DNA of 34,596 nt from Atractiella rhizophila. Taxonomy: Eukaryota. Numbering within the stretch: the first letter of the stretch is position 1; every line of letters starts with the position of its first letter. Position numbers and translations under genes: made by a program. Location: positions 1 to 34,596 of the forward strand of contig MU271656.1 in NCBI GenBank assembly GCA_021432655.1, in the 5' to 3' direction. Below the pieces are notes generated by a model. The model had not been told where the DNA came from. It worked only from the letters and a program-made list of their open reading frames with translations, and searched no databases. Below are positions 21,122 to 32,045 of this stretch, one piece after another.

Positions 21122-22930
21122 TTACCAACCTTCCTCTTCTCTTTCTTCGCTAATCTTAGGATCTGCTAACACCTCCATCACATACGTCATGTTCTCCCCA
21201 TACCACTTGCGAAGGTTTTCTTCGCTATTCCTATTCTCAAACCCTTTGATCCATCGCGCTCGTTTTTCACTCGAGATTTCGCACGGAAACGAACTAGTTC
21301 TCCTCATCGTGGTATTCCAGCCCAAGCTCGTCTTGAGCACTAAAGTCCTCCAGGCCCCCGGTGGCCAGAAGTGGGCATTTTGCAATAATTCGACCATTCG
21401 AAGGATGGGATTCCATTCTGCCGTTTTGTACCAGTATTCAAGATCTGCTAAGGCCCCGGTTTCAGGTCCTCGTTGACGAAGCTGGTCCCTCCAGAACTTG
21501 CGCAGTTGAGTGTTTTCGTAGTATTGGTATCTTCGCTCCCAGTTTTCTGACCCCTTCTCTGGTGGAAACTCTTCATCATCGGGATGCGTTTCAACGTCCA
21601 TTCCGTGAATGATCTCTGGGATGATGCATAACGTAAAAGCAGATGGGATTATTGCTGCCCTTTCCCAATCGATTATTCCGGAAATAGAGAGTGTCCGCTG
21701 GTCATCGGAGAGATCCACTAGAATGTTAGTGAGAAGGTCCGGATGATGGAGCAGAGGTTGAAAATTTGGGTGCGGACGATGAGGAAGAAAAGATTCTTGG
21801 GGTATCGGCGGGAGGAACAGTTCAGGTATCAAAGGTCGAGCCGCTTCTAGCGAGCTCAAAATCGCGTCTGGTCCATATGTATCGGCGAGCTCGTCATACC
21901 ACATATTTGAGTACTCTTTGTTCTTCATAAGTTCTGCGATCCGAGTAAAGCGAGCTTGTTCTCGGTGCAGGGCGGATAGGACGAATTCGTGATGTTCGTT
22001 CCCTTCAAATACACAATTAGCCACGTCCACAGCCCAAGGAATACGTACATGGCCCACGATCTATATCCATTTCCCCCAATGGACCATGCCACCAGTGGTG
22101 CTGCATAGTCAGCCCAATGGTGACCCTATATGAGCAGTTAGATTCTAATCGTAGAGAAAAACTCCCAAACTTCGATAAAGGCCGAGACGCAGTCACAAGT
22201 TGAGACTGGAAATCAGCAAGTTGGAACAAAATAGCTTTCTTGGCTTCAAAGGTCAAGTCCTCCCAGACATCTGCAAGGCGTTTACCTGGCAGCTTTCGAT
22301 AGACCATGTATTCCGCCCCGATAGGATTGTTCTCCTGAGAGTCGAACAGAATCGGTTGGGGTACTGGAATGCTCGTGTTCTCAGCGACGAATAGAAGCGT
22401 AGCAACCTCGCTCTCAGTCAGCAAGCACGAAGGCTGATCGTTCGTGAAAAAATATGAAGTCTCCTCGATCAGTTTGCGAAAGCGAAACCTCGCCATATAC
22501 GTTGTCCCGACAGAATCTTCGAATTCGAAATTTTGATGGTAACGCCCAACAAGTAAATTTATGTTTGTCTTAAATACGGGTTGAACTGCTCGACCTAGTT
22601 GACGTTCGAGGACTTGTTGCAGTAGTTGAGGAAACACTGTGGTTCCGTCCAGAAGTTGACAACCAGCGCTATCATTTGTGAACTCGGCATAATCCCCTGG
22701 AAGACAGAGTATTAGCAATTGTTCGGGAATGCCGAGTGCCTACTCTCAGAAGGACGGTGCAAACAGATCGCAGGAGAGGTAGAAGCCCGCCGGGGTGCAG
22801 TGGTGAGATGTCGTTGTAACGAGCGAAAGGTGCAATGAAGAATATATGGCGTAATGTGTCTGAGTGGAAGGCGAAATGCCTCGGGGTGCTTGAGCTTAAG
22901 GAACTTGAAGGAGTGTCGCGAGTGAAGCAT
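21122..22930 (-). CDS. Aminoglycoside-phosphotransferase-family (APH/choline-kinase-like) protein with a putative mitochondrial presequence, 3 exons
   Basis: Introns 22697-22743 and 22003-22048 join ORFs 22712..22930, 22017..22718 and 21122..22057 in frame. Motifs SEVATLLFV...TSIPVP, NPIGAEYM, LPGKRL..W, DRGPW, HHPDL..NILV, SGIIDWE. Confidence 0.85.
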
Positions 22931-23498
22931 CCATGCATTTCATGCAAGCTTCAAACTTGCTGTTTAACGTTTAACGTTGATGTGACCGGACAACCACGCG
23001 TCGGCCTTGCTAACGCCGAAGGAACTTGCAAGGCGGCAGATGAGGAAGTGAGTTGACCTGAGCAGCAAAAAAGGCGCTGTCCGTATCTTGGGGATGATGA
23101 TGATGCTGAATGCCCTTGCCCCGGAATATAGTTGCTTTCGAGGACGTCGATGATTACAGTACCATCGATTCTCTCACATTCACGGGGTTGGGGGTTGAGA
23201 CTCATAAAACTGTTCTTTGTCTTTGTCTACTCGACCCAATCGGAGACAGATGGGAGCATATGGCAGGAGTTTGAAGATGAGAGTTGAATGGGAAACGACT
23301 CCAATTCCAATCAACTCCAGCTCTTCTTCAAGGCTCTGAGCTCACGGTTCCCTGGAGAAGAGTAGATGGATGCAAAAACATTATTTCATGTGATGGATGC
23401 TTGTGTGAGTGTAGTAATATTGATGTGTGGCGGAAAGTCACAAATGCAGAAACATAGCTGAAACACCACCTACGGCAAGGTCTAACAAAACTGGCCTT

Positions 23499-25072
23499 TT
23501 ACGGGCTCTTTGCCGAAATTTGAACATCATACTCCGAAGCTGAGTACGCATCATGACCGTCCACATCCGGTGAAGGCTCCAGTCTATCTTCCCATCAGAA
23601 CCTTCATTCAAGAATGAGCAATGAACCGACTTTTTTTCTAGGTTTGTCACCTGTTCGACGCTAACTAGCACGCCTTCATAATTAAGAGGTGAACCCCCCT
23701 CCATTCTCCTTCCTAAACTCTGAAGCCGGACCTCCCGTCCGCCATGTGTGCTGGGTTGATTATTGCTGCCAAATTGTGTGATTGTATTTCGTCGCCCCGA
23801 TCCGCTGTGGCTTGAAGGGCCCTCCTCTCGCGAGTTTGCGACTGGAGCGATTGACCGAAGATGGAGAACGATGCGAGATGCCATCATGGTCGTGAATATG
23901 AGTGGAAGTGGAGCGTTGAGAACAGGGTTGACGACGGTAGGGATGCTGTTTCGTTCGCGAATTGTTAGCAAAGAGCACGGACAGTAAAATTATAAGGACG
24001 AACGAGAAGTAAATCACGTTCACCAGGTTGCAGACGAATATCACGAAAAAATAAAGAACTCCGTCACGCGCAAAGATTGTGAGGAGGCGAGTCCGTTGCG
24101 ACTTGCGCCAGTGAGAAATGAGCGGCCTTTTTACAAGTTAGCGATCAGCCGGAAGGCGGTCAAGGACGGACAGGGTCACAAATATCGTGGCGGTCGTATC
24201 ATAGAGGAGAGGCGGGACCCTGCGGTTCCTATCAGCCATCTGCCACAGGTTTTGGTGAAACACCAACCAATAGACCCATATGTAGCTTCGGGAGGCATCA
24301 GCTTTGTGGATCTCAGATTTAGGAAGAGACGAATCACTTTTTCGCTCCTCTGGCAGAGAAACAGCCTCTCGAACCGGGTGGTCTATTCACTTATCAGCCA
24401 ACGTCTCTTCCCTGAAGTATGAAAACGTACAAAACCAATGCTCTATTCGGAATGACAGACCAGACCTGAACCACAAAAGCGAAGATCGCAAATGTACCAA
24501 AGAACCAAGCAATCCATCTCCGGCGATTCCACACCGCCAACACTCTCGCTGCAAACAGGAATTCACAAATCACTGCACCCGAATTCGCGTGGATCAGTTT
24601 CCTTTCGACTCCAATTGTAAGGGAAGATAATATGTACAAACGACGGCTGCACTGGCGATAGGTTCGAGAAGGTGAATCTTGTCGCACGTTTTTGGTTTGA
24701 TTTTGAACCAGAAGAGACACATGAACATGACATTGTCCAAGAGTCCGTAGTAACTTGACCGTTGCTTCAACCGTCAGCTTCAACCAGCAGAAGCAAAGAG
24801 ACACACCGGTTGAGGAAGAAGGCGACGCGGACTGGAGTCCAACGCTCCGCTTTCCACATCATCTTGTACTCATCTGGGAAAGTGACGATGAAATCCCAGC
24901 CGTAGATCGCAAACAAAGCTGTGCTCCATTTCAGTAACCGTCGGATGCTGAAGCAAGGAAGCAAGGAAGAGAACGAACCGGTGAGGTAGGTACGACTTGC
25001 CGAGAGAACTTCCTCGAAAGCCTCACGTTGGAGCGCGAGATCGAGCTGTTCTTGCACGGTGGAGGATGACAT
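23499..25072 (-). CDS. DUF6533-family multi-pass membrane protein, multi-exon; paralog 2
   Basis: MSSSTVQEQLDLALQREAFEEVLSASRTYLT, WDFIVTFPDEYKMMWKAERWTPVRVAFFLNR, CEFLFAARVLAVWNRRRWIAWFFG, MMASRIVLHLR. Same exon layout as 2006-3588; stop TAA at 23499-23501. Confidence 0.8.
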
Positions 25073-25239
25073 CCTTTGTGGTTATCTGGGGAAGAGCACT
25101 AAAGTATCGTGATTGCAGAGGAGGAGCCAACGCACCTCCTTCATAGTTCTTAAATGAATATGTAGCTGATCTCATGTCCCTCCCCCAAAAGGTCCCAACG
25201 GCAACATCCTGACGGGGACGCGAAATGAGAAGCGAAAGG

Positions 25240-25870
25240 CAGCCATCGAAGGATCCACCGATTGAGTTGTGAAAAGTTGAGTGTGTGGAGTTGACACTCA
25301 CTGTCGCAGAACGATGACAGCAAGAATGGGGCATGCACGACGATCTTTGCTCTCAGATCTGTTTCGGCACATTCAGCCAAAACGCTTCCTCATCCCGAAA
25401 CTTGACTATTTCTGACGAGACCTTATCTGCACGGTTCTGAGAACAAGGTTGCTCACTGCACTTATTTAAACCCAGCCATGAATGGCCTTCTCTCGAATTC
25501 AACTTGAGGGTGCCCCGTGCGATGGTGGGGTAGGCTTGAACCTTTATCCCGACCAAGTTGCGACGGCTCAACTCTTTGCTCCACATTCCAACAAACTTTC
25601 TCAAAGCCTTCATTCTCACCCAACCCACTACAGCCGCTTGTTTCTGTCGGGTTCGTCACACAACATTACCGTGACCCGTGATAGAATCCAACATTCTAGG
25701 GCCAGAGCTATTGTGTTGTCAACTCCAAGGGAACCGGGGACTGGCCCAGCAATGTTGCGTTCCAGTGAGGAGAGGAAAGAAGAGAAGGTCAAACGTCGCT
25801 TCCCAGACTTGGTCCCGGGGAACAAACTTGAACACCAGATACTCGAGAGGGATCCTGAATTCGAACTCCA
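25240..25870 (-). pseudogene. Heavily decayed, internally deleted F-box-like remnant upstream of DUF6533 paralog 2
   Basis: 25849-25870 is 21/22 identical to 29588-29609, the first codons (EFESRIP) of the intact F-box gene. The ATG position reads TTG. Downstream sequence aligns in patches with 1300-1800. Confidence 0.55.
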
Positions 25871-26638
25871 AGTAAATAGGAAGAGAAACTCGTCGTCCGA
25901 CGGAAGACGAAGATCGAGGGGAAGGACAAGAATGCAGAAAAGAAGAACCTGATGGCCTGATTGTGTACTTTCTAGCTTGCTTGGATCCGTCGTCTGGGAA
26001 TTAGGTCATCAAGAAAAGACAGAAGGAGCACAAAAGCAGAACTGAGAAGATCAAAGGCTTGTCCATCCATCCATAATTCAGCAGCGCATTGGATGCCTAT
26101 GGGTTTATAATCCCAACGGAAAATCCAATCTTCGTCATTGGATGACAGCAGACTCGGAGACCAGATTCCACAGCTTCCTTAAATAGATGAATGTTGATAG
26201 TCACACGGAAAGAGTCCTATGCAATCTACCACAGAAACTGGAAATTCGGAAGTCAGATGAACGGCAAGGTGATAAGTCTTAGCCACAACTATGGTTCATG
26301 TGCCCATAGGCCAAGTGCCTTTTGAGGTTTTCTAAAGCGGTAGTATGAGGCAGTGACACATATGGCATGAACAAGAAAGTCCAAGCGCTGGCAAGCGAAT
26401 GAAAGACACACCACCAACTCCAGTGTCTCATCCGCCACTCACTCTCCAATGAATGTATCCAATGCTCAGCTACAAGAGCTCACTCTTCCCAAAATTACAT
26501 TACATTACATGAAAGCGAAGGTCGCTAGGGATCAGTAGCCGTAGTACTGTAACTTCAGCTCTTCTCCGCCACTACAGTTCTTCCCGCGTTCATTCTATCC
26601 GTTCGCCACCAACACCCTTCTTCAACAAAGCACTCACG

Positions 26639-27802
26639 ATGGTTCTCGAATACTCCGCCTCCGAAGACTACTATGCGCTCCTGCAGCTCCCCACCACCGC
26701 GACCGCCGCGCAGATCTCCTCCTCCTTCCGCAAGCTCTCCATCAAAGTGCACCCGGACCGGTTCCCGGACAAAGCGGGCGAGTTCATCGCTCTGAAGAAG
26801 GCGTCGGAGGTGTTGCTGGATCCGGAGACGCGGGCGAAGTGGTTTGGAGAGTTTGAGAGCGGCCGGGAGGCGCGGGAGAGGAAGAGGAAGTTGGAGGGGA
26901 GGAGGAGGGTGATGGTGGATGAGTTGGAGAGGGCGGAGGAGGAGGCGGCTGCGAGGGGTGCGGGGTCGGTTGTCGGTGGGGGTGGTGGGAGTGGGGAGGG
27001 AGGGAGAGGAGGGAGAGGGAGAGGGAGGTGGAGAGGTTGAAGGAGGAGGGGAGGAGGTGGAGGGAGATGAGGAGTAAGAGAGGTGCGGAGGAGGAGGCGG
27101 AGAGGGAGAAGAAGAAAGTCAGGTTATCTCCGGTCCCTCCGTCCAAAAACAAAGAGGAATACACAATCCCATTAGGACCATTGGATACGACCCTTCTCCT
27201 CCGTCTCCCACCTTCTCTCCTCCCCTCATCCTCTACATCAACATTAACAACAACAACAAACGACCTCCCCTTCCTCCCACCCTCTCTCAACCGCTCCATC
27301 GAATCTCTCGTCTTCAAAGCTCCGAAGAAACCCAAGAAAGAAAAAGAGAAGGAGAAGCCGCGCTCTGTCGTCGTTCAATTCAAAGACATCGATTCCACTC
27401 TCAAGGCGGTCGCGGTGATGGACGCGATGAAGGATAGGGGAGAGTCGTTAGAATGGAACTGGGCGGGAGGGGCGCTCCCGCTTGTTTATCTTCCAAGGTA
27501 CGTCCTATCTTTCCCTCCCTCATACCACAAAACGATACACTCATCGTCTATGTTTACAGACCGCGAATGGCGAGAACGAGGAATCTTCCTTCCTCTCATC
27601 CCTCCGACACACTCCCTCTCAACCATCAGCACATGAAACACAACAACGTAACGGAGACGAAGTACCAGAGGAAGACCTATTGGCGAAACTTAGACGGATG
27701 GAGACTGAAAAATCTGGAGAAAAGGGAGCAGAGGAGGAGCGGAGGAGGTTGGAGGAAGAAATATTAAGAGCGGAGGAAGAGGGAGAGGAGTCGTTTCGGT
27801 GA
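26639..27802 (+). CDS. CWC23: J-domain pre-mRNA splicing factor Cwc23/Cwf23 (DNAJC17-like); reading frame appears shifted in this sequence
   Basis: N-terminal J domain DYYALL...FRKLSIKVHPDR...ASEVLLDP, then the family-typical RRVMVDELERAE, ERLKEEG, LGPLDTT, VVVQFK, WAGG and C-terminal LLAKLRR...RRRLEEEI. Intron ~27498-27559. Confidence 0.75.
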
Positions 27803-28146
27803 TTTCAGAGTTGAGTCCATCCATGCTTCACATTTCTTGGTTGGATTCGGGATGGTTGCAACCTGAAGAATGCGTCATGGCGCCAAATTCTTGTACATTC
27901 ACTGGTTATTGCAATTCCAGCTTGAGAACAAAACGTGCGATAGGTCTGTGCGAATTTGGAAAACGCGAGCCAAGAAACACAATTTGTCTGAAATTGCCAC
28001 AAACGCGATTTGAGGCTGCCTCCAAAGTTCCTCATCAGTCAATCATTTCCCTAAGTTCAGTTACGTTAATGTCCGTTCCGCTACGTAGCTACATTCCACC
28101 AGCGCGATCACCACCTCAACGCAAAAGTCTGACGATTTATGGCGCC

Positions 28147-29610
28147 CTATCTTTCCATCCCATATCTCCGACACACCCCGAGCATATCGTCGCCCAATAC
28201 TCGTTCCACTACCATCTGCTCCGGCACCCCTCCGGAAACCGCGCAAATCGCCTTCAAGTGGGGGAATATAGTCCTGTTGGGAACGATGGTTCCTTCATAC
28301 CTAATGACTTTAGCGGAATGCACATGATTGTAAAAGAACGATTCGACGGTAGGGTCCCTCCCTCGGAAATAATCGAATGTGACATTGAGGTAAAGAAAGG
28401 AGGAGAGAGCATGAGCCATCGTGTTGAATATGTCCTCATTGCGCATTTCGTCTTGGCAGAAGCGGAAGCTGAGGTACAATTTGCGCGAATAGGGAGAGAG
28501 TAGCGTGAGAATATCCCCAGGTTGGTTGGGGAGGAAACAGCCGCTTGTGAGCTCGATTTGGAACAACGAGTGCTGGAGGGAGACTTCGAAGAGCCGTTCG
28601 AAGGTCGAAAAGTCCATAAGGCTCTGGTCCATCGCCAAATGACACAAGTTCGTCAACGTCGAGGCGGGAAGGGCAGATGGGGGAGGATGCAACGTCCGTC
28701 TAAATAGTTCTAGGCGCCGAAGTTGGTGCAGGAGAGGTAGTTGTTCCATGTCTTCCCAATGGTTTATCTCCCCTTCCAAGCGGTTGAGGAATCCCAATCG
28801 AAGCCACTCCAATTGTGGCATCACAGGCATCCTAACCCTCTCATACTTCGAAAGTAGACACGACGGTTGATCATAACGTTTGATGGTAGACGATATTGCT
28901 AAGAGGAGCGGAAATATGTTGCTGCCCTCTGCTTGGGCCGCAAGAACCTGTACTGGACTGAGACCAAACATGCGGACCAGGGCAGAAGGAGGGAGCCGAG
29001 TGTTAGACAACCCGAGTATCTTGATATTTTGAAAACACGGTATCGCTTCCGGGGTTGATTCGGATGGGAAATCCTCAACCTGACCGGAAATGGTCAAGTC
29101 CACCAGCCCCTTTGACACATCTATGTTTCGAAGCATCTTTTTCCAGCTCCAACAGTCGTAGATCGCCAACACCTTCAAATTCGGGAGTGGCGGAAGCACA
29201 ACCTCGACCCCGTCGCCTGCGAGACAGGAAAGCACCTGAATGTTGGTCATCACACTCAGAAAGGGGAGTAGAGGCTTGAGATTGGCTGGAGCTGCGATGT
29301 GACTGAACGTGTATACGAGGAGACAGGCATCCGGGTGTCGGTTTAAGAAGGCGCAAAATTTGTCCATCTGCGATTCGCCTTCAGTTGTTTCATCCTCGGG
29401 CGATGTTGTCATCGCGTTCGCGTTAATCGCGAAATCGGACGTTTGGATGTGCGAGAGTCGAACATGCAGAGCGATGGTGGACCATCGACGGTTCACGAAG
29501 AGACAGTTATACAGCGCTCGCCGCCAAAGCTGCCTCGGAGAGTCGCTGTCGTCAAGAGCCACCAGGATTGCTTTTAGGATTTCAGGCGGGATCCTGGATT
29601 CGAACTCCAT
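28147..29610 (-). CDS. Single-exon F-box-like / leucine-rich (RNI-like) protein, copy A
   Basis: Long uninterrupted ORF from ATG 29610. N-terminal RIPPEILKAIL...LYNCLFVNRRWSTIA fits the fungal F-box-like pattern. Repeated LxxL motifs follow (LPNLKVLAI, MPQLEWLRL, LRRLEL, LTNLCHL). Confidence 0.75.
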   Translation of the reverse strand: MEFESRIPPEILKAILVALDDSDSPRQLWRRALYNCLFVNRRWSTIALHVRLSHIQTSDFAINANAMTTSPEDETTEGESQMDKFCAFLNRHPDACLLVYTFSHIAAPANLKPLLPFLSVMTNIQVLSCLAGDGVEVVLPPLPNLKVLAIYDCWSWKKMLRNIDVSKGLVDLTISGQVEDFPSESTPEAIPCFQNIKILGLSNTRLPPSALVRMFGLSPVQVLAAQAEGSNIFPLLLAISSTIKRYDQPSCLLSKYERVRMPVMPQLEWLRLGFLNRLEGEINHWEDMEQLPLLHQLRRLELFRRTLHPPPSALPASTLTNLCHLAMDQSLMDFSTFERLFEVSLQHSLFQIELTSGCFLPNQPGDILTLLSPYSRKLYLSFRFCQDEMRNEDIFNTMAHALSSFLYLNVTFDYFRGRDPTVESFFYNHVHSAKVIRYEGTIVPNRTIFPHLKAICAVSGGVPEQMVVERVLGDDMLGVCRRYGMER

Positions 29611-30094
29611 TGAACGAGTTACCGTCGTCGACGTCCCGGTATATTGTAACACTGTAACACTGCAGAAGGATAACTTTACTCATCACTCGCTGAGTGTTGA
29701 CACGACAAAGACAAACCTACAGTTCTATGTTATTCAAAGCAATGATGGAGGTGCAAAGGCAGTTGTAGACCAAGTAGACGACTCAGATTTACGACGACTA
29801 GCGACACAGCGGGAAGAACTATAATGACGGAGGCTCGCAGCTCACCAGACCACCATTGGCATTGATATTGCGGCAGCTCAGCAATATTCTGTCCTTGACC
29901 TCTCCGGTAAGCACGACATTTGGTCTGCGTTCCTCATTATATTCATTCCCGAAACTTCTTTGATTGTAATATCGATACATTTTCACGATCCAAGTGCGCA
30001 AACTCAACTTTTGGCCGTCGTTCTTTGAATCTTCAGTTTGATATCCATTGCCCGACATTCCTCTTGTCAGGCATCACCCAAAGGGGATGATAAC

Positions 30095-31576
30095 CTATCT
30101 TTCCATCCCATATCTCCGACAAGCCCAGAGCATATCGTCGCCCGATACGAGTTCCACCCCCATCTGCTCCAACACCAGTTCCGAAACCGCGTCTGCGCAG
30201 ATCGCCTTCAAGTCGGGGAATATAGTCCTGTTGGGAACGATGGTTCCCTCGTACCTAAGGACTTTAGCGGAATGTACATGATTGTAAAAGAAAGTTTCGA
30301 TGGCAGCTTCCCTCTCTTGGTTTATGCCCAAACCATCGAATGTGATGTTGAGGTAAAGAAAGGAGGAGAGAGCATGAGCCATCGGGTTGAATACGTTCTC
30401 ATTGTGCATTTCGTCTTGGCAGAAGAAGAAGCTGAGGTACAATTTGTGCGCAAAGCGAGAGAGCAACGTGAGTATGTCACCTGGTTGGTGGGGGAGGAAA
30501 CAGCTGCTTGTGAGCTCAATTTGGACCAACGAGTGTTGGAGGGAGACTTCGAAGAGGCATTCGAAGGTCGAAAAGTCCATAAGGCTCTGATCCATCGACA
30601 AATGACACAAGTTCGTCAACGTCGACGCGGGAAGGGCAGATGGGGGAGGATGCAGTGTCCGCCCAAATAGTTCTAAGGACCGAAGATGGTGCAGGAGAGG
30701 TAGGTGTTCCATGTCTCCCCAATCGTTTGTCTCTCCTTCCAAGCGGTAGAGGAATCCCAATCGGAGCCACTCCAATTGTGGCATCAGAGAGATCTTAACC
30801 CTCTCACCAGTCGAAACTATATGCCAGGGTTGATCGTAACGTTTGATGGTAGAAGATATTGCTAGGAGAAGCGGGGAAATGTTGTTCCCCTCTGCTTGCA
30901 CCATGAGGACCTGTACCGGACTGAAACCAAACATGCGGACTAAGGCAGAAGGAGCGAGCTGAGTGTTAGACAACCGGAGCTTCTTGATATTTTGAAAACA
31001 CGGTATTGCTTCTGGGGTTGACGCGGATGGGAAATCCTCAATCTGACCGAAAATGGCCAAGTCCACCAACCCCTTTGACATGTCGATATTTTGAAGTACC
31101 TTCTTCCAGCTCCAACAGTTGCGGATCGCCAACCTCTTCAAATTCGGGAGTGGCGGAAGCACGACCTCGACCTCATCGCCTTCGAGATCCAAGGAAAGCA
31201 CCTGAAGGTTGGTCATCGCACTCAGGAAGGGGAGTAGAGGCTCGAGACTGGCTGAAGGTCCGAGGTGAGTGAATGAGTGCACGAGGAGACAGACATCCAG
31301 ATGTCGGTTCAAGAAGGCGCAAAATTTCTCCATCCGCGATTCATCTTCAGTTGTTCCATCCTCGGGCGATGTTGTCATTGAGTTCACGTTAATCGCAAAA
31401 TCGGAGGTTTGAATGTGCGAGAGTCGAACACGGAGAGCGGCGGTGGACCATCGACGGTTCACGAGGAGACAGTGATACAGCGCTCGCGCCCAAAGCAGCC
31501 GCGGAGAGATGCTGCCTTCAAGGGTAACCAGGATCGCCTCCAGGATTTCAGGCGGGATCCTGGATTCGAAATCCAT
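30095..31576 (-). CDS. Single-exon F-box-like / leucine-rich protein, copy B
   Basis: Intact ORF from ATG 31576 (MDFESRIPPEILEAIL), colinear with copy A through the shared end CRRYGMER*. Confidence 0.75.
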   Translation of the reverse strand: MDFESRIPPEILEAILVTLEGSISPRLLWARALYHCLLVNRRWSTAALRVRLSHIQTSDFAINVNSMTTSPEDGTTEDESRMEKFCAFLNRHLDVCLLVHSFTHLGPSASLEPLLPFLSAMTNLQVLSLDLEGDEVEVVLPPLPNLKRLAIRNCWSWKKVLQNIDMSKGLVDLAIFGQIEDFPSASTPEAIPCFQNIKKLRLSNTQLAPSALVRMFGFSPVQVLMVQAEGNNISPLLLAISSTIKRYDQPWHIVSTGERVKISLMPQLEWLRLGFLYRLEGETNDWGDMEHLPLLHHLRSLELFGRTLHPPPSALPASTLTNLCHLSMDQSLMDFSTFECLFEVSLQHSLVQIELTSSCFLPHQPGDILTLLSRFAHKLYLSFFFCQDEMHNENVFNPMAHALSSFLYLNITFDGLGINQEREAAIETFFYNHVHSAKVLRYEGTIVPNRTIFPDLKAICADAVSELVLEQMGVELVSGDDMLWACRRYGMER

Positions 31577-32045
31577 TGAACGCGCCAAGGTCGTAGAGGT
31601 ACCAGTACTACAACACTGTAAGACTGCAAGGAATAACTTTAATTCACGACTGAGTGTTGACAACGACAAAGCCAAACCTACAGTTCTATGTCATCTAGAG
31701 CAATGATGGAGGTGCAAAGGCAAGCTAAACCAGATTTGTGGGGACTAGCGACGGAGCAAGAGGAGTTGTGACGACGGGAGGCTCGCAGGTCACGATTAGC
31801 ATCGATAATTGAGTCAACTCAGCAAGATTCTGTCCTCGACCTCTCCAGTAAGCACGACATTTGGTCTCTGTTCCATACTATTACATCTATTCTCAAACCT
31901 TTTTTATTGCAATATCGATTGCATTCTCATGACCCACTTGCACACTTGCACAAACACAACTTTTGGCCGTCGTTCTTTGAACTTCAGTCTGATATCCATT
32001 GGCCAACATTCCTCTTGCCTGGCCTCACCTAATGGGTATGATAAC

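Noticed and set aside
26494..26510. (ATTAC)3 micro-repeat upstream of CWC23
   Set aside because: Too short to distinguish from ordinary slippage; not a telomeric or spacer-containing repeat.
26784..27335. 183-aa minus-strand ORF
   Set aside because: Antisense to GA-rich CWC23 coding sequence.
27799..30670. Similar plus-strand ORFs 27799..28503 and 30038..30670 as a conserved antisense gene pair
   Set aside because: Their similarity follows from the duplicated F-box genes on the other strand; non-ATG starts and unrelated N-termini.
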